Assembly (NCBI GenBank): GCA_964016885.1
Contig: OZ024747.1
Location: 34,472,001 to 34,536,000 of the forward strand
Reading direction: 5' to 3'
Length of the DNA: 64,000 nucleotides
Source: Eledone cirrhosa
Lineage: Eukaryota
Part shown: positions 25,273 through 41,030 of the stretch, in pieces
Layout of the letters: each line of letters starts with the position of its first letter
How positions within the stretch are numbered: the first letter of the stretch is position 1
The notes under the pieces: generated by a model
Told to the model about the DNA's origin: nothing
Databases searched by the model: none
What the model saw: the letters and a program-made list of their open reading frames with translations, nothing else
Program-made: the position numbers and the translations under genes

Positions 25273-27156
25273 CTAAAAAGAAGAAACAGAAAAATCATAA
25301 TCCTCAAACACACTTTTCGGCGGTTCCCGTCCAAAGCAACCGGTTCCAACTGATCCGGCTCGATCCCCAGGTGAGATCAGCCGAACTCATACATCTTGCA
25401 CTGGATGTATCTCTGGGTCTCCTACCAGTAATATCTGTCAAGCGATTCTTTCCTTAGACTTTCAAACCAGTATATATTTTATTTCTTTTCTTTTAAATTA
25501 GAAATTATATGTCGTCTGATGCTCCCTATGATTCGAGCAATGCCTTATTAAGCTAATTTATTTATTTTGTATTGTCACTCTTTTGTGTGTTCTGTTACCG
25601 ATTTTATTAAGTAATGAGATATATTTTCTATTATTCTCATTTATTGTCAGTATGCTAGTGTCATACATTCATTTGTTTCAGTTTAGATATTTCCTTAGGA
25701 GACTTATTGATGAATCTTCCACTGTTCTATGTGGATGCTGCTACGTTTATTGGTTTACGCTGACGATATTATGAGTAGATCTGTTACCGGCATTTTTGAT
25801 TAAAGTAGACATTTTGTGATTTCTCTAATCAGTTTTGTCTTTAGGGGTATTTCATTTGTGTAAAGGACGATATATCAATTACAATTATTTAACTATAACT
25901 CGCTTTCGATTATTATTGTATCAAGAATATACGTTTTTGTTTTAACATTTGCACCAAGATGAATCTTATATATATTCTTATTTTTCTTAGTGTGTTCCTG
26001 CAGCGTCTTTGCTGATGGAGAATTCATTTGCGGTTGCGTTTTGTTTATACTTTGTATTTTTATGAATTATTATTTTACGTTTATCATGCGTATGTCTACT
26101 TTGTTATATATTAAGATAAATCCTGTCCTTGTATTGTCGCAGAATAATGTCTCAATACCATTTATATGCACATCAATATAAAAGAAGCTGCATGATAAAA
26201 TAATTTTTGGGGGTTGAAGTGAGATAACCTGAAAGAATGTGCCTATTCATATTTTACACGTTCATGGTAGATATTCAATTCTGTGCTTCAAGTAACAGAA
26301 ACACGTGATTGTCAAAATCATGGAAACGAAGCAAAAATCGTAAACTAAGAATTAATTATTGGCCCAGCCAAGATACAACATTATAATTGATCATCTTTGA
26401 AAGTTTAATATTCACAGATTCATCATATACAGAAAGTAAGCACTTGTGTGAACATCTAGATAAATGGTGTAACCCCACTCCACAGAAGTAAACTAATTAT
26501 ATGTAGTAAACCAATACCAAACTAACGGCAATTTTGTAGTGATATAGGAAAGCAGTGTTGTTGGTATACGAATACGTCAAACTTTCATTCGGTTGTCTAT
26601 ATTCTGCTTCTTAACACATGAAAAACTATAATGACGAATATACATAAAGTTTGGAATTTAAATGTAAGCGCTGGAATTAAAGTTTTCTGCTAGATTTAAA
26701 TATATTCATCAGTGTTATGTTACGGGAAGAAGGAAATAGAAATATCGATTTAAAACTGTATTTGATCAATGAGTTTAAAATGAAACTCTTTAAGTTTTAA
26801 TAGCGACTGATGTTATTAAGATACCCCAAAGTTCAGAGATCTTCCAGATTTGAAGTATCCAAGAAAAATTTAAATGTTCTTATGCTGGTACTTTGATCTC
26901 CTGACTCATCAGAGCGGATGAAATTCAATTCAATATTTGAAGAAAATTGCGCGCTATAATTTCATACTCTGCAATTCACTGATGTGTCTGTGAATGTTAG
27001 AGCAGAGAGCAGGGTGATGTTGCAATAGTATTTACATACAGTTAAATACGTTTTCCTTCAATCATTTTAGTTCTCATTGAATCCATATATACATGTTTAT
27101 ATTTACATTTATGTGTAAATACACACACACACACATCACACCCACACCCATCCACA

Positions 27157-27203
<47 letters not shown>

Positions 27204-27534
27204 TTACTCTGTCGATTGGCAAGTGAACGCTCCAAATCCCGTTTAAAGAGGAAAATATTCAAATATAGCCAAGCACTCTTTATCTACAGGATGAAAGAAG
27301 AGGTCAAACATGTCATTTATATATGAAATTTGAATCAATATTGAAGAGGCAATATCATAATATCCAAATTATATTTACACTTTGAATGAAAGGTATTATC
27401 GTATGCTTCTGTTGTATTTACCTTTATATGTCTGTAATATTAGTTTGTGTTCTTTAAGGGTTATTTACTGATGTGTTAACCTTTGAAATATTTGTAATAA
27501 GGATGCGATGATGTGTGAACTATAGGTGGTATTA

Positions 27535-27714
27535 TTGGCAGTATCGGTATTGGCAGTATCGGTTCTTTGCAGCAAAGAGTTATGGCCTTTTATGGTCTGA
27601 ATTCAAATCGCGCCGAGGTTAACTTTGCCTTTCATCCTTACGGGGTCGATAAAATAAAGTACCAGTAATGTACTGGGTGATTGCTGGCCTTGTGCCAAAC
27701 GTAGAAACAATTAT
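27535..27714 (+). mobile_element. tRNA-type SINE
   Basis: A-box-like tggcagtatcgg, B-box-like gaattcaaatc, conserved body gcctttcatcc...gtcgataaaa. Confidence 0.8.
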
Positions 27715-27824
27715 CTTTATATGAATAGTATAGACCTAGAATATTATTAACAAATATGGGAGGTTGGCTCTCCCTAATTCACCGTCGATAAAAGCCTCGG
27801 AAATATGTTCAGTAGCTGCTTTTG

Positions 27825-27897
<73 letters not shown>

Positions 27898-28199
27898 CTG
27901 GTTACTTTTATACATACATGTGCCTCTCATGTTCTCCTCTTATTCGGTATGTTCTTGGCGGTTTGTTTTCCTTTTTTTCCCTTCTGTTTAATTTTTTTTT
28001 TCTCTCCTTTTTTTTCAAATAACTTCCACAAGTTATTGACGCACTGGAGATACACGTATTGTCTTTAATGCGTTGAAATATCCGTGATCTCCAGCAGACA
28101 ACTGAAGAAGGGGTTGACCCGACTTGTATGTTTGTTTTACTTTTAAATACACTTTATCAAGTAACCACACAACTCCCTGTTTCTTCCAAAAGTAAAAAT

Positions 28200-28315
28200 A
28201 TATATTGTTATACTTGGGGAAGGTCATATTCTTATAATATTGCCAGACATAATAACAGAACACACTCAACGTTTATCATTGATTGACCAACGGTTAAAAA
28301 TACATACCCCACCCC

Positions 28316-28379
<64 letters not shown>

Positions 28380-28800
28380 TATAAAAAGCTCTTTCGTAAC
28401 ACATCTGCATCATCATCAGTAGAACTTTTGTGTTTCCTTCCAATGTATTGTAAAGTTTACGCCATTTTAATTTTAATTATACATTTATTTATTCTTTTCT
28501 CTGTCTCTGCCATTGCGTCTGCGTGTCTGTATAATGTCTGGTGATTGTGTTCTCGTTTGAGTGTATGTGTTTTTGTATTTGTATTTTATCTTTGTTCACT
28601 AGTGTGTGTTTATATGTGTTTGTTGTTATTTTACTTGTGTATATATATTTATTAATTTATTTGATTATATTTCCCTTAAATGGCTATTTTTTGTTCGGGT
28701 ATGGGTTTTGTGTTATTCCATTCGTTTTGTCTGTTTAACTTCGGTCTTTTTAGTTCTATCTCAGTTACCTCTCTGATTTGCCTAACTATTGACTCATTAT
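28200..28800 (-). repeat. PLE family A 3' end
   Basis: Reverse complement similar to 10960-11555; HHR-like motif at ~28390-28420. Confidence 0.8.
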
Positions 28801-28804
28801 ATAA

Positions 28805-28894
28805 CATATTACATGTCTTTCACTGTCGATCAGCTCGAGGAACAATCTATTAGTGATCGAACATGACTCTGAAATTGAAAGATCCTCAGATATG
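28805..28894 (-). ncRNA. Type I hammerhead motif
   Basis: CAUAU-CUGAGGA-U-CU...AG-U-GAAA-GACAUG-UA-AUAUG; plus-strand counterpart at 29154-29240. Confidence 0.65.
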
Positions 28895-29240
28895 CTTCAA
28901 TATGCAAGCTTGTCTTTGATGATATATGAATACCTCCCAATTCCTTTTAATATTTACCACATTCTATCAACGTGTTATACCACGGTATTCGACCATTGGT
29001 TCATTATCAATCATATAATTGGTTTATTTACAAACCAACGTCTATCCTTCATCCGGTCAAATAATCGCATCCATTCATGCGTGCCGGATTGTCTGCCCAT
29101 TTTCCCCAGCCCCAGGTATTCATACACCATCAACGACACCTTGCATATTGAAGCATATCTGAGGATCTTTCGATTCCAAAGTCAGGTTCAACCACTAATA
29201 GATCTTTCTTCGAGCTGATCGACAGTGAAATACAGTATAT
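28805..29240. repeat. Inverted-repeat cassette P4 with an HHR in each arm
   Basis: 28818-28910 mirrors 29140-29230 around a ~230 bp spacer. Confidence 0.8.
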
Positions 29241-29618
29241 ATAATGTGTTAATAAATATGTTTAATTCGGGAATATTCATCAGGAAGCCGACTGTCCAAG
29301 TAATATGGTGGTATTTATACCTTTTCTGGCGGTAGGAGAGGGTGGTGATTGGGAAGGGTGGAGGTCATTGATTGATGGATTTAAAGAAAAGTCTATTCTT
29401 TAAAAACTCTATTTAGAGAAAGAAAGTCAGAAAAAAATCAAGCTAAGAGCATGTAGACAGATTCATACTGGGGGGGGGGGGGTAATGATTTTTAAGGGTC
29501 GTTTAAACAAACAATAGCTATTCATTGGTAGATCTGCCAAAATGGTAAGGTATCTACGATCATGCACGCACACACACATACCCTCACACCCACACATAAG
29601 CACACACACAAACACACA

Positions 29619-29678
<60 letters not shown>

Positions 29679-29759
29679 CATATATATATATACATATATA
29701 TATACATATATATATACATACACACATGTATACAAATACACATATACATATATATATCT

Positions 29760-30722
<963 letters not shown>

Positions 30723-30727
30723 TATAC

Positions 30728-30768
<41 letters not shown>

Positions 30769-33239
30769 ATTGAGGTTGGTAATGGCACATGGAATATAAA
30801 AGAGACAGAATACTTTTTTGTGAAAAAACATATAATTTTATAAGGTAAGGAAAGAATAAAGGGTATAAAAAATGACCGGTTTCGATGAGTCTGCAAAAGC
30901 CATATTTTCAAATGTTCTTTAATATTAAGAAAAATACACACGAATGGGAAGAATTATTCACACTTAGAAACAACCCTGAGATAACCATCAAAAAGCCGAT
31001 AAAGGCAGTACTGTTGTCATTATGAATACGGACTACTATAGGACCCTCGCACTTAACATTTTAGAAAACAACACATACTATGAAAAAACATAAAACTACA
31101 AACACACCAAAACAATGGGGAACCTTTTGACCTTACTGAATAAATACCGCAACAGCTTAACCACAAAAGAGTTTAACTCTATAAGCCACTTCAAATGCAA
31201 TATCAGCTCCTTTTCCGGCTTACCGAAACTCCACAAATGTAAACCCATAAACGATGCATGTGACACCTCAACCAACAATTACATTGAACTAACACCACCA
31301 GAAGACCTAAAACTCAGGCCAATTATAGCAGGCCCTACATGTGAAACCCACAGACTTAGCAACTTTCTGGACATCCTACTGAAACCCTTTCTACAACATA
31401 TACAGAGCTACATACGAGATGACCTTGACATGCTGAAACACCTCCCTAAAACAGTAAGTGCAAATACAATTCTTGTCTCCTTTGACGTAATAAACCTTTA
31501 CACAAACATACCCCACAACTATGGAATAACAGCAGTCCAATACTGTCTTAACACACACCCATAAGAAATACCGACACGCATCAACAAAGATTTTATCACT
31601 AACGGACTCCGCTTTATCCTACAAAATAACTACTTCACATTCAATGGTTCAACATACAGACAAGTATCAGGTACTGCAATGGGCACGAAAGTAGCACCCA
31701 CATATGCCAACCTAATCATGGGATTCCATGAACAACAAATATACAGTCAGTCCCTTCTCTTATTTGGAGACTCTTTCCACACACACCTCAAAGCCAATGG
31801 GAAAAGATATCTAGACGACTACTTTATCCTATGGCAAGAAGACATGAACTCACTTACTATGTTTAAAAACATGATAAACAACCAAGATAATAACATACAA
31901 TTCACAATGGAATCCAATCCCAAGGAATTAGCATACTTGGATATTCTCATCTCTGTAATAGACGGGAAATTAGATACAGATATATTCTATAAACCCACAG
32001 ATTCCAAGCAATACCTCTTTTTCACATCAAGTCACCCAAAACATACAAAACTTAACATTCCTTACAATTTGGCCAAACGTATATGTAGCATAGTATCAGA
32101 TCCACCTAAACGGGAGCAAAGACTAAAGGAACTAAAATACACCCTTATCTTAAGAGCCTTTCCACTTGAAATAATCAACAATCGAATAGACAGGGCAAAA
32201 CACCTAAATCCCCATCAACTTAACAATCCAAAACAGAAAACCACACTCAACACCCTGCCATATGTATCCACGTTCAACCCCAGCAATACCGAAATGTTTG
32301 ATCACCTACACAAAAACCTCCCCATCCTACTTAAAGATGTAAAAATGAAGTCTATTCTTGAAACACACAAGATCCTTAAAAGTGAAAGACAACCCAAATC
32401 ACTAAAACGCATTCTCACTGGACCAAATATACCCAAACCAATCCTCAACCCTACAGTTACCAAATGTGGTAGAATAATAGAACAAACTGTGGAACGTGCC
32501 TCTACCTCACTGAAGGACAAAAATTTACATTTAAAGATGGCCAAACATTTACAGTAAAAAACAATTTCATCTGCAACTCGGAGAACTTGATTTACGCAAT
32601 AACTTGCGGTGGGTGCAAACACAACTACATAGGACAGAGGGGCACCTCATTACGCAAAATAATGACCATCCACCGCCAACAAATCCGGGACGCTAACACA
32701 AGAAAAATCCCCTTGAGCAGCCATATTGCGAACTGCGCAGGAGTGACACTACCCAACTTTAAAATCTTCCCCTTCTACAAGTGCTCAGATTCGTTCACAC
32801 AGCAACAAATAATAAACAAAGAAAATCTATTCCTTAACAAATTTAAACCAAAACTAAACGGGTTATCACCCCAATAGAATTGTCATAAAATATAAACACA
32901 CATACGCACGGAGTGACAGATATGTGTGTGTATGTGTGCATGTATATAATTATCACTACTATTAAAGACCAGAGACCAATTCTGTAGAATCAGGTTTATT
33001 CGTTGACAGACCATGCCTTTGTGTGACCAACACATCCATTTTAAGCCGTGCACGTGCACACACATATATCTATATATATATATGCGCACACATAATTCAC
33101 CACTGTCGGTTGCGGGGCCCAATCTACATGAAGAGCTCAATGTGATCAGAATGACTTGTATTTTAATTTCACTGTTCTAACTTCTTATATTATGGAAAAA
33201 ATATATGCGTGTGTATATATATATATTTGGAGGCCATTT

Positions 33240-33730
33240 CTCTATGTGTGTGGGTGTATGTATGTGTATGTGTGTGTGTGTGTATGGGTGTGCATGTGGA
33301 TGTATGTATGTGTATGTATGTGTGTGTGTGTATGTATGTGTGTGTCTGGATGTATGTGTATGTATATATGTGTGTGTGTGTGTGTATATATGTCTGTGTA
33401 TGTGTATATATGTGTGTATGTGTGTTTGTATGTGTGTATGTATATATGTGTGTGTGTATGTATGTGTGTGTATATATATATATATATATGTGTGTATGCA
33501 TATATATATATATATGTGTATGTATGTGTGTGTGTGTATATATATATATATGTGTATGTACATATATATATATGTGTATGTATGTGTGTGTGTGTGTATG
33601 TATGTGTGTATCTGGATGTATGTGTATGTATGTGTGTATGTATATGTATGTGTGTGTGTATGTATGTGTGTGTATATATATTTATATATATCTATATATG
33701 TATGTATATGTATATGTATGTGTGTGTGTG
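33240..33730. repeat. Compound (TG)n/(TA)n low-complexity tract
   Basis: Directly visible; explains the VCVC/YIYI ORFs. Confidence 0.95.
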
Positions 33731-34063
33731 GATGAGGGTATGTGTATATATAGGTGTAAGTGCACTAAATCCCTTTCTATCACTCTCCCCTCTCCTACCG
33801 ACCACATGGAGATATATGTATGTATATTGCTTCCACCCCCTCACTGACCAGCAGCTGGCCATCTGGCCATTGCTAAATCTGACCTTAATAAAAACCACTC
33901 CCCACAAATAATTCCTCATTCACTACCAGAAAGGGACACACAGCAGTTAACTTGCTGCTACCAAGATGAAAACTACTATGGAATCCCACACTGAATTTTA
34001 TACTTGAATTTTCAAATCTCAAATTTTAATTCTTCTTATTATTAATTTTTCTTAATATTAATC

Positions 34064-34111
34064 AACATTTGAAAAGATGGCTTTTGCAGACACATCGAAA
34101 CCGGTCAATTT
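34064..34111 (+). ncRNA. Type I hammerhead, U3-A8 core variant (mirror copy 30869-30916, minus)
   Basis: AACAU-UUGAAAA-GAUG...CAUC-GAAA-CCGG-UC; stem I imperfect. Confidence 0.65.
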
Positions 34112-34264
34112 TTATACCCTTTATTCTTTCCTTACCTTATAAAATTATGTTTTTTTACAAAAAAAGTATTCTGTCTCTTATATATTCCATGTGCCATTGC
34201 CAACCTCAATTTTCTCTATAACCTTCGCTTTGTGTAGAAACTTACACTTTTCATATATATATAT

Positions 34265-34333
<69 letters not shown>

Positions 34334-34387
34334 AGTTAATATAAATTAATATAAAGGACTACCTGAGATTTGAACTCATTATTAATA

Positions 34388-34437
<50 letters not shown>

Positions 34438-34449
34438 ATATATATACAT

Positions 34450-34609
34450 TTTTATAATTGGGGAGGGTCATATTGTTGTAATAATATTGCCAGAAACAAT
34501 AACAGAGCACACTCACTGTTTGTTAGGTTTTCGCTTCTGTATTTTTTATATCTCCATAGTTAATATATTTTCCAATCAACGTTTATCATTAATTGACCAA
34601 AAGTAAAAA

Positions 34610-34644
<35 letters not shown>

Positions 34645-35015
34645 ATCAAAGTTCTTTGGATGCACATCTGCAACATCATCAGTGGTACTATTATTATGTT
34701 CCCTCCCATTGTATTGTATTGTATTGTACCGTAATATCAACGCCATTTTTATTTCATTTTTGTTTATTATTTATTCTTGTATTCGTCTCCGCGCATGCGT
34801 TTGTGTGTGTGTATAACGTTTGGCGTGTGCGTTCGCGTTTGTGCTTATGTTTTTGTACTCTATCTTTGTTTACTAGTGTGTGTTTATATGTGTTTGTTGT
34901 TATTGTACTTGTGTATATATTTATTTATTTATATTTCCCTTCAGTCATTATTGTTTCTTTTTCTCTGGGTATGGTTGTTGTTGTTATTCCATTCGTTTTT
35001 TTCTGTTTAACTTTG
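34450..35015 (-). repeat. PLE family A 3' repeat (another copy at 41460-41860)
   Basis: Reverse complement similar to 11010-11550; degenerate HHR at ~34652-34683. Confidence 0.8.
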
Positions 35016-35042
35016 GTTTTCTATGTATATACGCACACAAAC

Positions 35043-35112
<70 letters not shown>

Positions 35113-35125
35113 ACACACACACACT

Positions 35126-35159
<34 letters not shown>

Positions 35160-35245
35160 TAAAGTAAACAACAACATCAACAAGGAGTACAGTATCGAAA
35201 GGTATGAAGTATTATGTTCACGCTTGAGAGTGTGGGGTGGGTGAT

Positions 35246-35277
35246 GACGTTTCGGGCATAAGCCCTTCATCAGAAGA
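35246..35277 (-). ncRNA. Minimal PLE-type hammerhead motif
   Basis: CUGAUGA-A-GGGC(UUAU)GCCC-GAAAC-GUC; stem I poorly paired. Confidence 0.7.
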
Positions 35278-35869
35278 AAGGTAGGTAGGAGAGAGGTTTC
35301 GAGAGGGTGTGAGTGGTGGGAAAAAATTAAAATAACATATATTAATAATAGTAAAAAATGGAAATATCACTATAGCATCATATTTATTTTATTATACATG
35401 TTTCAAGGATACCAAATTATGGCATCAGATAAAATACAATATTTGATGATTAAGGTAGTGACGTACCCAATATATAAACTTCCAACGTCAGCTTACAATG
35501 GGTACCTGGATTAAAATCTCAAAATTTTACAGGATATACCTTAACAGGGATATGTTAAACAGATAAAAAGACCATTATTTAGACCTTGAACATTTGGAAA
35601 AATAGCGTGTATATATTGGTCGTGGTGCGGCCGTTAAAGGGTGATGTATCAATTAATGGTTATTTATGCATAACTATATATATATAAACGCACAAATATT
35701 CGCGTATATACGGATATGTAGAACAACGTATATATACCCAGACACATATGTTATATTTTAGAGTTATGAAAAATATTTATATTCGTTATATAAAAGAAAT
35801 TATTGTAGGGTAATATATTTCGACATATAAGTATACATGGTTAAATATATGGATATATATTTACATAAG

Positions 35870-38800
35870 TAAACAACGACAGGGAAGTAACTCTAAGGAG
35901 ACATTGCAACCACAGAATCTCCTTCAACCACAGACTTAAACGCCCCCAAACCAGACTGGTACATTTGATCTGGGATAAGAACCTGAAGGATAAGAACCTG
36001 AAATGCTAGATCAAATGGTCCGTTAGGAGTCGCGTAACCCAAATTCCCACCGGGGGAAGCTACTGCAGAATGTGTCTGGCCGGATCGGCTGAGATGATTG
36101 AGTTAAAATCGGCCATAAATTTGAGATCAGATATTTGAGATCCTAATAAACTGCGGACTCACCAGGAAGAATACATTCTCCGCCTTGATATTCGGGAAGA
36201 ACAGATATATATCAACTGGAAAAAAGAAACATCTTGAACACAGAGACTATATTGACAGTAACAATCTAGCTAATATATGAAGAAATATTGTTAAGAAAAT
36301 GTTACTAACTTGATATAGAAATTGATCAGATCAAGCAATTAGTGCAAAGTCAGCGAAGGGAAAATGAAACATGTGTCAGTGAAAACGAAGTAAATTGTAA
36401 CACTTCAAATGCCAGGGTTGGGGCGGTATCACTGACAGTAGAACAAATTAAAGAAAGGATCGAAAAAGTGGAAGGAGTGCATGTTCAAGATGAAAACAAT
36501 GAGATCATCAATGATAAAGAAATGAATGAGAATGAACTCGCCAGCTTGAAGAATTTAATTATGATCGAATGGTTCAAAATCAAAGAACCTGACATAGGAG
36601 AACAAGACACTCTCCATAAAATCCAGAACTACAAACAAAACCAAAGGATAATACACAAGACTCACATAGCTCTCAAAGACATTACTCCACAAATAAACTA
36701 AACATCACTGATCTAAATCATTTCTACTATGCATCGGCTAAAGTCACCACTCAATTATGTGGAATTAAAATGAAAAAACGAAGTATTTCCTACAAAAAAC
36801 CTACTTGGCCAGAGAACATCAATCGACAAATAAACCTTCTCTGATCTGACAAAGAAATGTTAGCAAACTACAAAGTAGGTGAACATGTTAAACAAACTAA
36901 ACTTAGAAAATGAAAAAAGAAAATACAATATAAAATCAACAAGCGACGTAGACATGCTGATGGATAGACAGACAAATGAAAGATACAGCTCACCTTGAGG
37001 AACAAACATGGGAAAATATAACAGTTGAACAGTTGCGCTTTTGGCTCTAAGAAAAACCAGCAAATGGAAATCCCCAGGAAAAGACAAAATACAAAACTTT
37101 TGGATAAATGCCTTCACAGAGTCTCATGAGCTGTTAGCCCAACTTTACAATGAAATAGTTAAGGAGCCAGAAAAGATACCATCGTGGCTTGTTAAAGACA
37201 TTACATTCCTACTTCCGGAGAAATATGGGACAAACAATCCCTAAAATTACAGACTACTAACTTGATTGACCACAATGTATAAACTTTTAACATCTGTCCT
37301 AACTGAATATACATATGATCACCTGATAACAAATGACCTATTTCCCAATGAGGAGAAAGGGTGTAAACGAGACTCATATGGCTGTAAAGATCCGGTTCTG
37401 GTTAACAAAATTATATTGGAAGATTGTCATAATAGACACAAAAATCTATGAATTTTTTGGATGAATTACAAAAAGCATTCGATAGTTTGCACACAGTTGG
37501 ATTGAAAAATGTTTAGAGATTTTCAAAATATCTTCCGTTGCCAGGAAATTCCTGTCTTTCAGTATGAAGACATGGAAAACTACACTCCTTTTTAATAGTG
37601 AAAAACAATCCCTGGACGCTGGAGAAGTTAATATTAATTGTGGATTTTTTCAGGGTGACTCTTTATCATCGCTTTTATTCTGCATCGCACTTATAACATT
37701 AAGTAAAATGCTCAATCAAACAAAACATGGATATAAAGTCTATGACAAAACCATTAATCACTTGTTCTACATGGATGACCTGAAACTATTTGCAAAAAAA
37801 ATGATGAACAATTGCAAGGTCTATTATCCACTGTGAAGCAGTTCAGTGATGACATTAACATGGAGTTTGGACTAGATAGATGCGCCAAAGCAATGTTCAC
37901 CAGAGGAAAGCTGTTGAAAATTTCAGACATAAATCTTGATCGGGGGAATGTGATAAGAGAACTTGATCGAGAGGAAACTTACAAATATCTACTTGTTTGT
38001 GAAGGAGACGGAATCCAGCACTCGACAATGAGGGAAAGGATATGGAAGGAATGTTACCTTAGAGTAAGAGCAATCTTAAGAACGGAATTGAATGCAAGGA
38101 ATAGGATCATTACCATAAACACGCTTGCAATACCAGTAGTAACCTACAGTTTCAATGTCATCAACTGATCAATACAAGGCTCGATACAAAAATTAGAAAA
38201 TTCTTAACCATGCACAGAATGCAGATACAGATAGAATATATCTCCATAGGAAAGAAGGGGGACGTGGATTAATCCAGTTAGATATTGCTTTGAAAACTGC
38301 AACAATGGGATTATCTACATATCTAAGGGAGGCACATGATTGGATGATCAAACTCGTTTTGAAACACGAAAGCATCAAATGATCATACTCAATTATAAAA
38401 GATGCACAAAGATACAGTAATGAACTACACATTTCAGACGTTCCATTTACTACTGAAATGAAAAACACAAAAAAAGCAAAGCAGGTAAAAGTAACTGCAA
38501 AGAAAAAATCTGCTACAGAAACTGGCTAAGAAATGGCAAGAAAGCCTCTGTATGGAAAATACTCAGAAAGAGCTAACAATCCTAACGTTGAAAAAACATT
38601 AACCCATCAGAGACTGAAGGACAGATTATATCAGCACAAGATCAGTGTCTGCCAACAAATGATTATCAAGCCAACATAATAAAAAATGGATGCAACCCAT
38701 TATGCCGTGTATGTAAAAAACAACCAGAGACCATTGAGCATATAATTTCAATGTGCAGCTCTATAGCTCCAATCGAATACCTAAACAGGCACGAGAGAGC

Positions 38801-39405
38801 TGCACAATACATACATTGGATAATGTGTAAGCATTTTGACCTGCACCATGAAAAGAATTGGTGGAAGCATCAAACACCTCCCGTACTTGGAAAATATCAC
38901 ATCTCAATCTTGGGGAACTTTAGCATCCAAACAGACCGAAAAATAGATGCAAATAGACCTGATATAATACTGAAGGTCTTTAAAAAGAGGGTATGCCTGC
39001 TAATTGATATGTCCGTTCCAATAAACAAGAATGTATCTATTGAAAAATTGAGCAAATATACAGACCTGGAGTTAGAAATTGGAAAAATGTGGAAGTTGAG
39101 AACTAAAACAATACCAGTGGTTGTAGGCGCTCTAGGAATGATAACTAACCGGTCGAATGACTACTTATCGCAAATCCCAGGAAACCCGCGTATAGAACAA
39201 ATACAAAAGATATTACTAATGAGAACTGCCCTTATACTAAGGAAGATTCTGTCAATATAAGTACATCACAAGTCTAAACATCTAAAGATGCATGTGTGTG
39301 TATGTATGTTCTTTCTTAAACATGGCGTACCTTGTTGTCTCTTGAGGTCACTGGTTGTGACTTGATGATAACTCGATTGAACATAAAGCAAGGTAAATGC
39401 AGTAA
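35870..39405 (+). mobile_element. R4/Dong-like non-LTR retrotransposon (RT + restriction-like endonuclease), degenerate
   Basis: WKSPGKDKIQNFW, FQGDSLS, HLFYMDDLKLFAK, EFGLDRCA, GGRGL, CRVC...ETIEHI..C, RH, NRPDI, KY.DL, PVVVGALG; ends at (TAA)n. Confidence 0.9.
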
Positions 39406-39409
39406 TAAT

Positions 39410-39600
39410 AATTATTATTATTTCTACTTTTGGCACAAGGCCAGCAATTATCCAGTATATTAGTGATACTTTATTTTATCGACCCTGTAAGGATGAAAGG
39501 CAAAGTTAACCTCGGCGGGATTTGAACTCAGACCATAAAGGGCCGTAACTCTCTGCTGCAAACATGGCGTCCGACCCTCTACCAATACTGCCAATCCAAT
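39410..39600 (-). mobile_element. tRNA-type SINE, near full length
   Basis: Minus strand tggcagtattggtag (A box), gagttcaaatccc (B box), same body as 27535. Confidence 0.85.
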
Positions 39601-39609
39601 GGTGTCTTT

Positions 39610-41030
39610 ATTGACCACAAGGGCTAACATGGAGAAAAACATTGCAGACAGCAGAGAATGGTACCAGATGATACAAATTGTGATTTAGCCGCGTAAACAA
39701 GTAAGAAATCGGGATAGAAATAAACAATTTCAAACAACAACAATTACCCCCCTCATGGCGAAAACTACACAAAAGACAACGGCTACCCTGACCACCAGGG
39801 CAAGTGGCCTCTCTCATTTGTCCAACTCCTCAGTCTACAGGCGCATACACAGAGCGGGCCCGTTCACTCGGATCAGATTTGCCACTTTCACCCACCTTTC
39901 AAAAAACTTACTAGAAGACAGCACTTGCCTCTCCACCCTGGTTTTACTCTTCAAGTGAAACTTGAAAAAGTTAATCAGGGATTGGCCGAAGAGGAAAGTG
40001 TCCGTCTTCAACCCTTACAACTTGTCCACCACACAATCTATTTTGCCATGGCTACCAGGCAGAAAAAAGCTGTCTGTCCTTCCTCCTCTTTAAAGGAGGA
40101 TGGCAGGGCTATTTGCAAAATGGACTCAGTCGATAACGGAATCCGTCCTACACACAACAGCAGCTGCTCGACATAGCTCCACATGTCAGCAATCATCGGG
40201 CACTGAAGAACTGCGTGCAGGACGATTTCGTCGCCCTGGGCGCATCTCGGATAGGCTCGGCTGACAGTAGCTCCGTGCCTGTAGAGTTTATCCCGAACCG
40301 GCAACGCTCCCCGGTAGCACTGCCAGGCCAGGCATTTCTGGAAGTTGTCCATATGCACCGGGCTCGAAAGTTCTCTTGAAGAGAGCGAACAGCTGATCGT
40401 CTTCGACGCCCAGGGTCTCCCGAGTGACGTCGTCACTCGTCCCCTCCACTAGCCCTCCGTAGAACGCCTAGGGGGATGTTCCACCGATATTAGTGCCCGG
40501 TTGGTAGAGGGCGGTGAGCGCATCATCAGCTAATCATTTGTGCATCATCAGCCACGGCATGCCTAGTCCTCCACACAATGAGTGTTGACAGCAAATAGAT
40601 CGTCTGACCATGGGAGCACGTCCCTTCCGCAAAAAGCGGAAGAGAAGGCGCTCCATTTTTGTAAGGAGAAAGGGCAACGGTCAGGCGGTAGCAGATGATG
40701 GACGGGATGTACGCATTCGCGACCTCCTCCCGGCCCATTTCTGGGTGGGAGAAGCCACCCGGCTCGTCACCTCGCTCCAGGTTTTCTCAATCTGGAGGTC
40801 CAGACCGAACCATAGCCAGAACAATTTAACCGGTCCTTCTGTCCAGCGCCCCGCGACGCTGTCGGACGGCATGGTCTCGCCTCTCCAGGTGCCGTGCTGC
40901 AAGCACACCAACTTTTCCTGGTTTATCTTTGCTCCTGTCGCCTTGAGAGCGGTGTCGAGCATCTAGACGTGGTTGGTGCCCGACACCACCACGTAGACGC
41001 GGTCGGCGTAAGCTGACACGGATCTCCCGC
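39610..41030 (-). mobile_element. L1/Tx1-like LINE ORF2 3' fragment
   Basis: VSAYAD, GAKINQEK, LAWQCYRGALPV...PRC..GDE...HA...CP (zinc-knuckle-like C-terminal region). Confidence 0.75.

Larger units (their letters stand above)
30765..34250 (+). mobile_element. Neptune-like PLE (RT + GIY-YIG) with inverted 5' repeat
   Basis: DKG.TVVI, LPKLHK, RPIIAGP, DVINLYTNIPH, GTAMGTKVAPTYANL, RYLDD, YKPTD, SSHP, IYAITCGGC..YIGQ; 30765-30935 is the reverse complement of ~34045-34215. Confidence 0.92.
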
